From: Ginglymostoma cirratum | Lineage: Eukaryota | Direction of reading: 5' to 3' | Assembly: GCA_024137785.1 (NCBI GenBank) | Contig: JAHRHZ010000222.1 | Location: forward strand, 29,726,838 to 29,790,837 | DNA length: 64,000 nucleotides | In this document: piece by piece, positions 36,055 to 49,530 of the stretch | How positions within the stretch are numbered: position 1 is the first letter of the stretch | Layout of the letters: the number at the start of each line of letters is the position of its first letter | The notes under the pieces: model-generated | What the model saw: the letters and a program-made list of their open reading frames with translations, nothing else | What the model was told of the DNA's origin: nothing | The model's database searches: none | Made by a program: the position numbers and the translations under genes

Positions 36055-36410
36055 ACCACAGAATCTGGAGCAGGCAGTTGAGTCATTCAGCAATCCAGGC
36101 CCTTCAGCCTGCTTTGCCATTTGGTGAGGTCATGGCTATTCTGTAGTTCAGTTCCATTTTGGCCATATTTGATCCTTATACTCTGATCACCATACCCTAA
36201 TGCACAACTCTGAACTCAGTCTTGAAAATTCCAATTCACGCAGTATCCAAAGTATTTTTACAAAGAAGATACCAATTCCCACTATATTAATATTGGGAAA
36301 ATGTCCTTCCTGAATTCAAACCAATTGCATTGGTCTAATTTTACAATTCCATCCTACTTTCTCTTTTTTTTTTTTCAGGAATCTCCCATTAGAGGAAATA
36401 GTTTCCTAGG
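36055..36410 (-). mobile_element. Decayed CR1 3' end
   Basis: ggcccttcagcctgctttgccatttggtgaggtcatggctattctg...agaggaaatagtttc is typical of reverse-strand CR1 tails. Confidence 0.5.
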
Positions 36411-38629
36411 GACAAATAATTCAGAAACAATAACGCTCATTTAAAGATGATGCATCTACGTAACTGAAAACGGCCCCACTCTCTGGATGATCTAGTAGGT
36501 GAAGATCCTGGTTTCAATACCTTACCTGTTCTGAGTAACAGAATGTAGTGGTTGGGGTATTTAACTGACCTTGGTACCTCTTGTTCAAGAAAGGAAAGTT
36601 TGCTGAGAGTTTGTCCTCCTTATTATTGATCTTGCTAGGTGTGCACTTGCATAAATGTTTGGCAGAAAAACATCAGAATTAGGTTGTTTGGCTACAGAGG
36701 GTGTTACAACTATCAGTACTTCTACTAAGTGTATATATTGAGAACAGTTAGTTGAGGAGAGCTGACAGTTTTAATGCATGAGATGCCAGCAAAAGTCAGT
36801 GTTTTTGGGAGATGAAGAGAAAAATTGAAAGTGAGGAATAATGACAGGACACTTATTCTGTATTATTGCAAATATTTGCTCTGGTAGGGTTAATAAAGAC
36901 AAATGAAAATGATAAAATGTTTTATTAATTGTGATTCTAGATAAAGGATTGCGTGCAAGCAATACAACATTAAAACTGTCTCACTGCTGAATATTTTGGC
37001 CATGTAGTTTGATGACCAGTCACCACAGTCCTGAAACTTAATTTGTTGTGTAAATCACTTTTGAGATATTTTTGAAGTATTAGTCATTAAATAAGTTTAG
37101 GAATATTGTTACTGCCACAATATAGTTGGAAATTAGCAATATGACTTCTCCCATTGAAGACAATGAGAATGGAATACCGCATTGAACTGTAATGCGCTAT
37201 AAAATATCATCCTTCACTAGCTTACTCTGCCATTGTTAGCGGTGAGAAACCTGTTAGGAATGTGCACGCTTGGCGTTCTGCTTAGATTCCATTGTTTGCA
37301 CTGGGCCATGTGCCATGCATGCATCAGAAGATGAAATCATGGTAAATGTTTCATTGTTGCAAATTTCAGAGAAGAAAGCATGGGACAATAGTCTGATCTC
37401 AGGAGATTCTTATTTGGAATAAAGGACAGATTTAGAATGAAGAGTATTTTCAGACTTGCACACCATTCTCCAATTACATATAGTTATTCTCTGCTACTTT
37501 CCAGTGAGCAAAAGCTGGTTATTCTGATTAAATGAACTTTGGAATGGGGCAACTTGGACCAAATGAAGCCAGTAATGCAATGTGTAACTGCCTTGACAAT
37601 GGGCTGATACTTTATCCAATTTATAGGCTTGGCTTGCTTGTGTTCCTCGGCCTGTTTCACACATACATGCATGGGAACCTTTTACATTTTTTCTGCATCT
37701 AAAGTTTGCATTTCATAGAGTACAATTTTTGTTGCCTTAGAAAGTACTATTTATTAATACTGTTTTGTAGGACAAATCAGTAATTGCTCGCTAATTGATT
37801 TCTTGGTTGCTTCAGAAGAGTTTGTAGAAATGTTTGCTTTTTTATCTCTGACTTATTTAAGACCACAACGAGAACTCACTTGGTATTGAAAGGTGTGATT
37901 TCACAGGCCATGTTGAACCCAGAGAGGACAGGAAATTAGAAATCTCATACATACGTGAACGAGTTCTGAAGTGCACAATTTAAAAAGGCTATCTTCTGAG
38001 CTGCCATTTTCATTTTTGGAAGATTAGAAATGTGTGGAATTTTACCCACTGGATTTTTTTTCTTAGAAAGCTGATATGTACTGATTAATTTGGAGAATAC
38101 CAGCAATGAGGAATGAATAAATTCCTCATTTTGGTACCCACACTCAGCACTAAACACTTCCAAATCATGCTCAGGTCTGTGGAACAAACCTCACTTTACT
38201 CCCCTGCAAATATGTTTCTGAAAACCAGCCACAGAAGACTTAGTAGTACCAGTGCACATTTCCCAAATAAAGTATCCTGACACTTAGACTCTGCCCGCAA
38301 AGAGTTGGATTGAGGATTTTCAAAAAGGGTAATGATATAGACTCCCAAGAGCAGTAGTTCCTAGTCCAGACCTTGAAGGTGAAAGAAATTTGTGGGAACT
38401 CCTCATTCCTGGGAAGCAGGGAACATACATTTCACATTGCACTTTCCTAAAAATAACTTTGGTACGTTTAGCTACAGTGTGACTCAATGGATAGTACTCA
38501 AATTCCCTGTGACCTCACTTATGCCAACGTTGAGCATGATTTAAAGGTTTAAGAATTAATAACTGTGAAGCAGATGTCCATTTGTGTCAGTATGTGTCAA
38601 AATTACTGTGATACAAATAGTATTATCTT

Positions 38630-39330
38630 GTATTCATTCATAGAATATAGGTGTTGCTGGCAAGGCTAGTATTTACTGACCTTGCGAAGATTGTGCCTTC
38701 TTGAATTGCTGCAGTCCATGTGATTATAGGTACACCCCACATTGTCATTAGAGAGGGACTTCCAGGATTTTGACCCAACAACATTGAAGAATTGGCAATA
38801 TGTTTCCAAGTCAGGGTGATGTGTGGCTTAGAGGGGAGCTTGCGGCTGATGGTGTTCCTCTGTATCACTGTTCTTGCCTTCCAGGTAGTCAACGTCACAT
38901 GTTTTGAAGGTGATGTCTAAGAACCCTTTGTGAGTTGTTGCAGTGCATTTTATAGACGATACACACTGCTGTTATTGTGCATTAGTCTTGTAGAGAGTGA
39001 ATGTTGAAGATGATAGGTGGGGTAGCAATCAAGCAGATTGTCTTGTCCTGTATGGCATTCAGCTTCTCAAGTGTTGTTGGAGCTGCAATCATCCAGGCAA
39101 GCTAAGAGTATTTAATTACATTCCTGACTTGGGCTTTGGAGATGATAGGTACTGAAGAATTAGGAGATGAGTTGCTCGCTACAAGGTTCCAAGCCTCTGA
39201 TCTACTCGTGTAGACACAGTATTTTTATAACTAGTCCAAAACAGCTTCTGTAACTCCTAGGATATTAGTTGTGGGGTTTCAGTGATAGCAATGCCATTGA
39301 ATGCAAAGGGGTAATGGTTGGATTATTTCT
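38630..39330 (-). mobile_element. L2/CR1-group LINE 3' fragment
   Basis: Collinear with 10430-11120 and reverse-complementary to 32800-33540. Confidence 0.8.
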
Positions 39331-41189
39331 TCTTGTCTCAATTAAACACCAGGAAAGTGGAGTGCTTAGATTTGCAAAGAAAGCTTCAAAAATATAAGTT
39401 CACGTTTTCTACAATAAACCATAAACAAATAAGATTAGATATTTGAGAAGTGCCTTAGAGGATAAACCAAAGAAGAGTAAATTTAACAATTATGGTAACA
39501 TTTTCTTCCAATTGTGATTATGCTCTGCCATTGTGAGGTGAGAATGATAAGATGCATAACCTCAAGTTTAGAACTGCTGTCATGTTCCATCTGTGTAAGT
39601 GGATAAGCTGTTTTATACATAATCACTTAAAATTAGGTAGAAACCCAACTGAATGGCTTTGGAAGCTTGTGATACCAGATAGAACAGATGTGCATGCATA
39701 GGACGCTGATTTAATAACTAAGGTGTACAAATATGAAGGCAGACATCAGCAAAATTACTATCACAGAGGTGAAACCATACACAACAATGTCAGCTTTAAA
39801 TTTGGAGTGTTTCGCTTATTTGTTTATTTCCTTCAGTTGCAGCTTTAGTTTTAAAACAGAAGGGTCTAAATGTAATGTTACACCAATTTTGCGAGCACAA
39901 GACAAATGCAACAAGAACCCAGTATGGTAGGTTGGATCCGATCTCTTTGGGCAGTCAAGTTAGGATCTGTTTTGAGATGATTCTGGTATACATCTGAAAG
40001 TGATTTCTGGGTCATTTCCAAATCTAGTATATATGTTTACACTAGTCACTTCTCTTCCTGGACTCTGCTGTGTTGGATAGTTACTAATGGGGTCCAATAT
40101 TGACCTCCGTGGCTGAGACTGAGGGAGAAGAAAACCTAATGGGAATTCAACCTCTTTTTGCTACCTAGTGATCCCTGTTGGAAAGTACATTTGTGTGACC
40201 AAAATAGGACTCTCTTTGCGACCTCTGATAGTCATACCCATGCCACCATTCTTCATTACTGAGATTTTAGAGGACTTTTGGTGCGCCAGTAAGAAACCGA
40301 ACATTAAAATGGGATGAAAGTACTGGAGTGGAATCAAAAATTGCAGCTGTTAACTGTATTTCTAATTCACAAGTTTATTAGGCTTTAGGTTAATATTAAT
40401 GAAGGCTAGATTTTTGTGTGAAGTTATTGTAACATTAACCCTATGAATTTAACTTCAGAAATCTTTGACGTGTAGCCCTAGAATGTGCAACGTAGAACAC
40501 ATACTCTATAGAATATACATTGTGTTAGTTTTCATTAGTGCTGTAAGTGAATCAACACATGGTATTCAATAATTTTAAGCTGAAAGTTCGAATAGATTCA
40601 GTTTGGTTTTCAGATAAATTTGACTGGTTGGGACAACTTCTTTTAGGTGGTTGCTCTGATATGGTTTTGTGATTTATTATTGTTATTTTTAAGACTCAAA
40701 GTGTAGCTATTTTTTCCTAAAATGTCATTGTGTCACAGCATTTTCATGAGCTTCCATATTTCACATGAGGGTATTATGTCTCACTCTGGCAAAAAGAAAG
40801 AGACAGAAATCCCTTCCCATTTCCCCCACCCCCAAACCAAGTGTACTGTGACTTATTTGATTGTCTGCCATGTTACTTCACTGATGCAGCAGCAGCTCCC
40901 CGTGGAAACCCTACCAAGATGAACCTTGAAAGTTCAGCCACAGGACTTCACAGCTCACCAGCATGGGTTGGAAGTTTTGTCTAAACTGGATGAATATTAG
41001 ATAAAACTGTTCAGCTCTTTGAGAACAAAAGCCTCTATAATGTTGTACCTGTACGGTGTATTGGGGTTGGTGCAATACATAAAATAGTTGAGTTTCAAAC
41101 CAGTATTTGCAGATCAAGTACAACAGCTATTCAGCAAACCGGACTGACATCACCAATTGCGCATTTCTGTGAAATCAAAGTTGCAGACG

Positions 41190-41890
41190 CATAGAGATTA
41201 TATTTTATGTTCACTACCCCCCTGCCCCAAAACCCCACCCTATCTCTAGTTTAAACAGACAGGATGTTGATGAGTTGGGACAATGCCACCCCCTGCCTCC
41301 ACACCAATTAAATCCATGACCGGAAGGCCCATGGATTACTTTGCTGCTGCATCGCCACTTAAAACCCTTATGCAATCAGTGCATACCCAATGGCCTCAAC
41401 ACATTGGTGTTGGTATTAAACCAGTGCCAGGCTCTGGCTCATGGGGAGCAGGAGACCAAATCTGTGTGGGGTTATTTGTGGTCTCCAGGGAGTGATGTAC
41501 ATTGGTTTCTTCATTCAAAGGAAAGTGGTGCCAGGTCGAGGCATTCAACATCAAAATTAGGGAGGAATGGTGAGAGCCACCTTTCTATCCCACCCCCTTG
41601 TCCAATACCCTACCAAACCCTGCTCCTCATCACCTCTGACCTGGAGCATTCCGTGATCCCAGGCCTATTTCCCACGGCAGCCATCATCTCCCCAACGGTG
41701 CTGCCGATCAAAAGAGTTATTGGCTTCTGATTGAACAGGGTCCTCGCCCCATGGGAGACCCATAGACTGCCTGATTTTTTTCTTTTCTCTGATAATTTGG
41801 TGGACCTGCCCAAGGGTGACGATGTTGGTGTCTTGCCTGCTCCCCTGCTGGTGGCCGAGGCTCCTGTAAACTCAGTAAAATTCCTCCCAG
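41190..41890. mobile_element. GC-elevated non-autonomous DNA-transposon-like remnant
   Basis: GC-rich block ending GTAAAATTCCTCCC, similar to the 34640-34652 terminus; left end uncertain. Confidence 0.35.
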
Positions 41891-44800
41891 ACATTTGTGG
41901 TTGTATAGCTACTCAACACTTTACCTCATTAATATTGTATGATTACAGGCAGGATTTTGATTCCTTTTGGGAGCAGCTTAGTACCACAATGGCCCCTTGA
42001 AAAGGGTATCTCCAATTCTGTAAGATTAGAAAGGTCAAACAACAAGTTTAGCAAATCAACCATGAATTCTATCATATCAGCTGAATACTACTCAAATGTG
42101 GCTATTCTTATTGCTTGAACTAGTCTGTCACTGTGCCATCACCCTGGCCTAAAACACACAAGAAGGTCCTATTCATCCCATTGCACGGCACTGAGCACTG
42201 CAGGAACCCAGTATGTTGGAAGCATCAGAGGCAGGACGACTGAGAATATGGCATGTTACATCACCCCACTGTTTCCTACTTCTGTGTCATCATGTTTCTG
42301 AGAATGAATGGACTTATGAATTGCTCCCACATCAGAGTAAACTTTCCGAGAATTAAATTGAGTGAAGATCCAGCATTGCCACACCTGCCTTGACTTACCT
42401 CACAAATCTGCCTTCACCCTGAAGAAATCTGGTGCTGTAATCTTTAACGTTGCCGTTGGTATGTGCATGCTTGGCTGCTCTGATCTCCCACATGAAGCAG
42501 TTATGCAGCTAGATATTTATTGTTCAGTTATTATTGATTGAATAAAAGACTACTGGTCAAGATAATTAGATTTTTTTTGTACTCAATTAGATACATGTTG
42601 AATAGATGAGTTCTAGTTTGTCTGGATTTTGATTCCTTTTGGGAGCAGAGCAGTACCATTTATGGCTTTTTTAAAAAAGGTATCTCCGATTTTTAAGCTG
42701 TGCATCAAGGATTTGTATGTTCTCAGCTGAAAACGGGATATTGACTGTGCTCTCCTGCAGGGAGGGGCTGAAGATTATAGTTTGTCAAATGTATCACCAA
42801 TATTACAAGAATTGTATCATTGCCAAGAATTGGAATCAGTGGGATTTAGTCAAAAAATAGCTTCAGGGTCTGGGGAAGCCTGCAGCTATCGAGAGGTCTT
42901 CAAAGATCTTAAAATTAATGCAAAAATTAAAATCATCATAAGGAAACTGAAAATGCTTCTGGCAATGGCAGACTGCAGAATCTCAAAGTGCATTCTGATT
43001 TCTTTGAAACAATAAGCACATTTATCTGGTGATGCAGAAAGTGTGGAAAATGAACCCCATATGCTTTCTTGAAGGTAGCTCCAATAATCCAAATTTATTA
43101 CTGGCTGGAGGGTTCATCCATTTTGAAACAAATAATCCGATGCTATGTATGTATTCGAATTACTTTGAATATTTTTGCAGATAAAGAAGTAGCTGTTTTA
43201 AAGTAGAAGGTTTGGCAATTTATACTATCAATTGTTTTTAGCAAAATCAATAATTATTGCGCAATACCACTTCATGTCATTTATAAAAAGCAGCTGTTAT
43301 TCAATTAACCAAGCTTTAGAATGGCAGTTAGTTACTAATTCAGAGCAAGAGTTGATGTCATTAAAAGCACTGCTCACCCAAAACAATTCATAAACCATCC
43401 TACTCACCCAAGTTTCTGCTTTGCCGAGTACCACTTGAATGATTCAGTGTTACTGGCAAAAAAAAGCTTACAACACATAGGAAATAGAGAGTCAGATGTG
43501 TTTAATGTAAATATGCTGTCAGATCCCTTTCAGTAAATGACATGAGCAGATGATTAACAGTGTTCTCAATAGTTTTTTGCATAATCTGCCAATTTAGTGG
43601 AACACTTCAACTATTCTCACAGAACATTAATTTTGTCATTTAAGGTTTTGTAAATGTTCAACTATGAAGCTGTTATACGAATAAAACTATAGTTACTACT
43701 TGTAGCAGTAAGAACCTATAAATCCCCAGATTGCTACATACTTGAATGCATTCTTGCTGGACAAGAAGAGTAGTTTTAGGAAGATAATGTGCATTTTTTT
43801 TAACTCTATTCTGCCTACATATATCATATTTATTAAATTGAACTGCATTGCCTATCATTATTTCAACGAAGTTAAAAAATTCAGAGTAACATCTTAATTT
43901 ACATTTTCAGGACTGACATAAAATATCAGGGTCAGAGCAGGTGAGTAAAGATTCTGGAATTTATATATTCTTTATTACTTTGGAATAGTGAGGCTTTTTT
44001 TTAACAAGGGCCAAAACAAAGCAACTTAAAAGAGAGAAAAGGGAATCCAAACTCGTGTCCCTTGTGTGTTCTAAGATCTATGAGATTGTAAAAATTCTGT
44101 AGGATTTATGATTCATTTTATAGGTTTTTTAGAATTTATTAAAATAAAAGCTATGCTAACAGTTTTGTGGAGCCTGTAGAAATTCACTGAATAATGTCCT
44201 TTGGAGTATTTTGCACCAACAGACAAACAGAGCTAATCTCCTCTGGGTTTGTGGGAAGTATCGTTTTCTGTGTTTGTCTGTGTGGGCAGCTATGAATTGA
44301 TATTTTCAGGCTTGCAATTCCACGAAGTGCTATTAAAAGATGCCTTCACTGTACAAACATTTAAACCTAACAATAGGGTGCTGACATGCTCAAAATCTCT
44401 AGAAAAAGTGTCCTGTGCCCACATAGTTTCATTTAGAAAGGTAGAGTGTGCCATAATAATTATTATGAAATTGTTTGACAAGATTCATGCACATGATACA
44501 TGGCGCAAGTAATGAAATCTACATATGACAATGTATGGTACAGTAACTGTACATCTGACATAGCCAAGTGGACAAGGAGAGCAAAACACCAATTGTTTCA
44601 AATCTAAACGTAAGTCAACAACATAAATTTAGAAAATCTAATATGAGTTTTAAAAGAGATTATAGGGAAATAATGGAACATACAAGAAACAAATATTCAG
44701 GTTCTGATGATTTAGACCCTTGGGAATTGAGTGAAGAAGAGGTAGAAATTGTACATGCATTAGATATAATTTTCCTGGGTGACTCCAGCTTGCTACTTGC

Positions 44801-45611
44801 TCCTCCAGACCTCATTCTTGGACACCTGGCACCAACATCTTGAGGCACACTCCAGGGCACCAGCCAACTTCTCCTCACCATCATGGTACATGTGCAGTAT
44901 ACTTCTTCGTTGTGATACTGGGCTTCGAAACTGCACCAGCACCTCACATTTGCAAGGCTGCTGCACAAACACTTCGCATGCAGGGATAGATGCCCCGATC
45001 AGAGACTGGACTAGGCTACGTCTCAGGGCTGCTCAATTGTTCTTCCTTACCTTGCACCTACATGGATCCTCTCAGTATCTCTGCCTTGCCTTTTAGATCC
45101 AAAGCCAGGTGACCTGTCATGGTTGTCAGCAGTTAGTAGTCCAAGAGATGAACGTGCTGCTGCTGGTCACCATGCTACATCAGTATTATGCTGCTACTGT
45201 GTGTAGCAGCTTCCGCAGCATGCATACTGCTTGTGCATCATCCAAATGGCCATGTCCCAAAGTCAGAGGGATGGGGTGCTCAGTCTCCTCAAGGGAGACA
45301 CCCTTCCATTACATTAAGTCAAGGACAAGTTCCAGTTTCAGTCCAGGGGCTTGTGCACAGTCAGACTGTCACTGAGGGCACATGGTCAGGACCTTCTTGT
45401 AGGGGTTGAAGAGCCAAATGTCAGGCACCCCAACACCCATCTTGGCACTTTTTTCCCTAATATGGGCCATTTCCTCCTGCACTGAGAGAAAGAAAACAAT
45501 TAGGGGAGTTATTGCTGGTGCATGTCAGGGAAAGGTGGTGAGGTGTTCTGAGTGAATGAATAGGCAGCATGGAGAGATGCAGGATTTGTAATGTCTGGGA
45601 TTGGCTGCTAG

Positions 45612-46045
45612 TTCGCTAGAATAATCCCCAGTATGGAGAGATTGTGTTACGAGCAAAGGTTACTCAGGTTGGGACACTACTCGTTGGAGTTTAGAAGAAT
45701 GAGAGGTAATTTAATTGAAACATGTAGGATTTTTAAGGGGCTTGACAGGGTAAATGTTAAGACAATGCTTCCCATTCATGGGGTCTCTAGGACTAGAGGA
45801 CGTGGTCTCAGAATAAAGGGGCGCCAATTTAAGATTGAGATGAGGAGGAATTTAGAACAGAAATCTGTGGAGGCAGAGTCCTTCTGTATATTTAAGGCTG
45901 AAAGAGATCGATTCTCCTATTGTTCAAGAATTTAGGATTATTGTGAAAACACAGGAAAATGGAGTGAGGAATGTCAGGTCAACCGTGATCCTATCGAAAG
46001 GCAAAACAGGCTCGAGGGACTGAACATCCTACTCTTCTGTTTGAA
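45612..46045 (+). mobile_element. CR1 3' fragment
   Basis: YEQRLLRLGHYSLEFRRMRGNLIETCRIFKGLDRV...SRTRG is the classic CR1 ORF2 C-terminus, followed by a CR1 tail. Confidence 0.85.
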
Positions 46046-46075
46046 TGGTTGGATGGCTGAGCATAAATGAGCAAA

Positions 46076-47009
46076 CACATAAGTTGCTGGAAAAGCTGAG
46101 GAGGTCTGGCAGCATCTGTGAAGAAAAACTCAGTAAACATTTCGGGCCTGGTGACTCTCCCTGAGAACTGATGGTAGCTGGGAAAACGTTAGTTTGTATG
46201 CAGAAAATAGGGAGAAGGATGGGGTAGGGAGTAAACGATAGGATAGAGGCCAAAGAGAGAGAAGAAAGAGCAGTTAAATAGACAACAGAGTTGATAACCA
46301 TCAGGCTGGGAGGGTGAATAGTTGTTAATGGGGACTGTTAGTGACAAACAACAGGGGGTGTGTAATGGCAGGCTATGTGATAACAGGGCCTGGTGTATGA
46401 GGTAGGGGGCTCGGACATGGGAGAGTTTAGGCCCTAAAATTATTGAACTCGGTATTGAGTCCAGAGGGCTGCAGGGTCCCCAAGTGGAAAATGAGGTGTT
46501 GTTCTTCCAGCTTGCGTTGAGCTTCTCTGGAAGACTGCAGCAAGCCTGAGACAGAGATGCTGGCCAGGGACAGGGTGTTGAGTTAAAGTGGCAGGCAACA
46601 GGTAGTTCAGGGTCTTTCTTGCAGGCAGAATGTAGATGTTCTGCGAAGCGGTTACCCACTCTACGCTTCATTTCCTCAATGTAGAGAAGACCACATTGTA
46701 AGCAACAAATGCAGTAGACTAGATTCTGGGAAGTGCAGGTGAAGTGTTGCTTCGCCTGGAAGGTATGTTTGGGCCCTTGGATACTGGGGAGGGAGGAGGT
46801 AAATGGGCAGGTGTTGCACCTTCGCCGGTTACAGGGGAAGGTGCTGTAGGGCTGTGGTGGGATGTTGGGGATGAAGGAAGAATGGACCAGGGTGTCCTGG
46901 AGAGAACAGTCCACACTTTTTCTTCACAAATACTGCCAGACCTGCCGAGCTTTTCCAGCAACTTCTGTTTTTGTTCCTGATTTACAGGATCCATAGTTCT
47001 TTCGGTTTT
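46076..47009 (-). mobile_element. 5'-truncated Penelope-like element with GIY-YIG region and inverted terminal segment
   Basis: ORF 46189-46914 contains CNRRRCNTC, TCTSQNLVYCICCLQCGLLYIEEMKRRVGNRFAEH and LPVACHFN; 46915-46965 is an inverted copy of 46078-46130; perfect 14-bp TSD CATAAATGAGCAAA at 46062-46075 and 47010-47023. Confidence 0.9.
46131..46170 (-). ncRNA. Degenerate hammerhead motif
   Basis: The minus strand reads cagtt-CTCAGGG-A-GAGTC-ACCA-GGCCC-GAAA-TG-TT-tactg, with two core substitutions relative to CTGAGGA. Confidence 0.5.
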
Positions 47010-47439
47010 CATAAATGAGCAAAGTTGTTGCAATCAGTTATGATAGTCGTAGAGCTGAGACTACATTGACCCAAGTGGCAACCTCAGACCAGGTTGGCAG
47101 GGTCTGGTGTTGTGGCCTCTATTGCCTGATTTGGGGGTAGTGGATGCTCCACACCAACAATCAGGAACCCCAGGTCCCTGTTGGAAAAGCAGGGTGCTAC
47201 TTTCCCTCATCTGCCAAATCTAGGCAAATGTTGCAAACAATACAGGGTGTCCCCACATTGACAGTGCTTCTTAAGGCATGCAACAACATCTTAAAAATGG
47301 CATCAACCATTTCTAGGATAGAAAGACAGTGGTAAATTTTTCCACTGTGATGATTGATAGAATTGGGCATGCATTCGACAAGAGGAACACCATGGGAACT
47401 TGGTAAGCAGCTAAGGGAGTGAGTTTGGACTGATAACAT

Positions 47440-49530
47440 GAGAAAACGAGAACTTGCTGCAACCCTTCATGAAATTGGAAAAAAGATGACAACTTGCCAA
47501 AATTTAATATGATTCAGCCCAAAGTGACTGAGCACTTGGACAGGCATCCGTGATCATTGACTATCAGCTGGTTTTTGTAAAGGCTAGGACATGTGTGACT
47601 CACCGTGAATTTGTTTGAGGAGTTTACGCGCTTGGTGGTTGGCAGAGTATCAATGGATATTTTTGATATGAATTTCCAGAAAGAGATATTTGATATTTGC
47701 CTCACAAGAGATTATTAGCAAAAATGAAATGTATGCAGTTGGAAGTAAACTTGTGACATCTATTGATAATTTTTTTATTTGGCAAAAAAAAAGTAGCGAT
47801 GGAGAACATTTGGTAAAAGGCAAGATCTAATAAGTGGTGTTTCCCAGGGAGTTGTACTCTGGCCTCAGCTTTCCAGTGTGGATACCAGGCCAAAAATTGC
47901 TGGCAGTGTAATGACAATATTAATGCACATGGCATCATTAGTGATGTAAACGTCCAGCAATTTGTGACAAGAAAGAGAAAACCCACTGAATGGTCTGCAC
48001 CACTCCACAGTCAGCTTTGCAAAAGCAGCAGCTCACCTGCAATCTTCCTGTAAGTTTCAAGAAATTACTGCATTTGTGCATTAAATAACATTTTTTTTCT
48101 CTCAATCATTCTTTCTTTTCCATTCTAGACCTGATTTGACCCTTACACAACCTATTTCTTCTTACTTTCCTCTATTTCTTTCTCAATCCTTAATTCTCAT
48201 TGGTTACTTTGTAAACAACAGAACTAACAGTCTATAGCAATGTTCCCAAATACCCTATTGCCCACTCGTCGCCACATCACTGTCAACTTGAATTTCCGGC
48301 TATTTGTGGCACATAACAGGCATGAGGGAGATAGTCTAAATAACAGTATACACAATGACATGTACCTCTCTAGCAAATCCTCAACTTTCAATGAATCGGA
48401 TAAGTAGAGGGTTGTATATCCAAGTTCACAGATAACACTGAACTATGAGGCACAGTAAATTGAGTTGATGGAGTGAGCGCGATTCAAAAGTGCGTAGACA
48501 GATTGAGTAGGGAAAATTTTAACAAGTTGATTTCAATTTGGGGATGTGAGTCATCATCTGATTTCAATTTGAGAAGTCGTATCAACGTTTTCTTAATGAC
48601 GAGATTAATAGCTGAGTAGAAACGAAGGGATTTAGTTGTCCACGTGCACAACTCACTGAAAGTTAGTGCACAGGTACAAATGTAAAACAAAAGGCTGACT
48701 GGGAGTTGGCCTCCATGCACAAGGAGTTTGGAACATAAAAATGAGGACATGATGCCTCAGTTGTACAGTATCATCCTGAGACCAAGCTGAAGTATCACAT
48801 TCAGTTTTGTTCACTGATTCAGATATTAGATGGTAAAACATAGATTAATTGGCTTTGGTCTGTTGTTCATCTATCGTTCGCTCTCCTTCGTGGTTGTGCC
48901 TGTGCTGCAGAATTTGTTCTCTAAACCTTCCTACCCTCCCAGTAAGGCCTTTCTGAAGACTTATTTCTTGAACCAGGCTTATCCAAATATTCTGAAGTGT
49001 TCAGTATTAATTTTTGTCTGAATACCATTCTCTGAACCCATTGTAATGTTTTTCCCTGTTTAATGCACTATATAAATGTTTAGGCTTAAATCCTGAGCAC
49101 CGATTTCCTAAATCTGGGCTCTATTCTCCTGAGCTTAAATGGATGAAGAATGCCCTAATTGAGGTATTTACAATTATTCAGAAAGTCGGTATGGTAGATC
49201 AGCAAATTATTTTCTATGGCGAGGAAGTCGAGAACAAGGAATATAATTGTATGTTCTAGAACTAGATCACCTTGGAATGAAATTAGGAAACTTTGTTTAT
49301 ACAAAAGATGGTGGGAATTAAGAACTAGTTTTTAAAAGACTAAGTGTTCTGTCAATTGAAATATTGGAGAAAGGTGATAGATTTTGGTTAGGTGAAAGCG
49401 TTAAGAGAATTGAAACAAGCGGGTATAAATTAAACTGTGGTTAGGATCACGGTTATCAACCACAATCTAATTAAGTAATAAAAAAAATGCTTGAGTGGCT
49501 GAATGATCTACTCTGTTCCTCCTATTGTTT
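47440..49530 (+). mobile_element. Fragmented old CR1 LINE (pieces ~47440-47880, ~48410-48800, ~49110-49530) with intervening inserts
   Basis: Relic RT motifs: NLFEEFT (~47607), SGVSQG (~47833), KFTDNTEL (KFADDTKL-like, 48422), LGSILL..ALIEVFTI (~49114), CR1 tail to ~49525. Confidence 0.6.

Larger units (their letters stand above)
44700..47345 (-). mobile_element. Harbinger-like remnant (two Myb/SANT pseudo-exons) split by CR1 and Penelope-like insertions
   Basis: Minus 47206-47045 reads GKVAPCFSNRDLGFLIVGVE..RPQHQTLPTWSEVATWVNVVSALR. After the acceptor tttctttctctcagtgcag, minus from 45476 reads EEMAHIREKSAKMGVGVPDIWLFNPYKKVL (KTGGG-like motif). Outer limits approximate. Confidence 0.6.

Noticed and set aside
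46189-46914. 241-aa ORF as a host zinc-finger gene
   Set aside because: It is a frameshifted Penelope-like GIY-YIG region between TSDs, with the YIG motif mutated to YIE.
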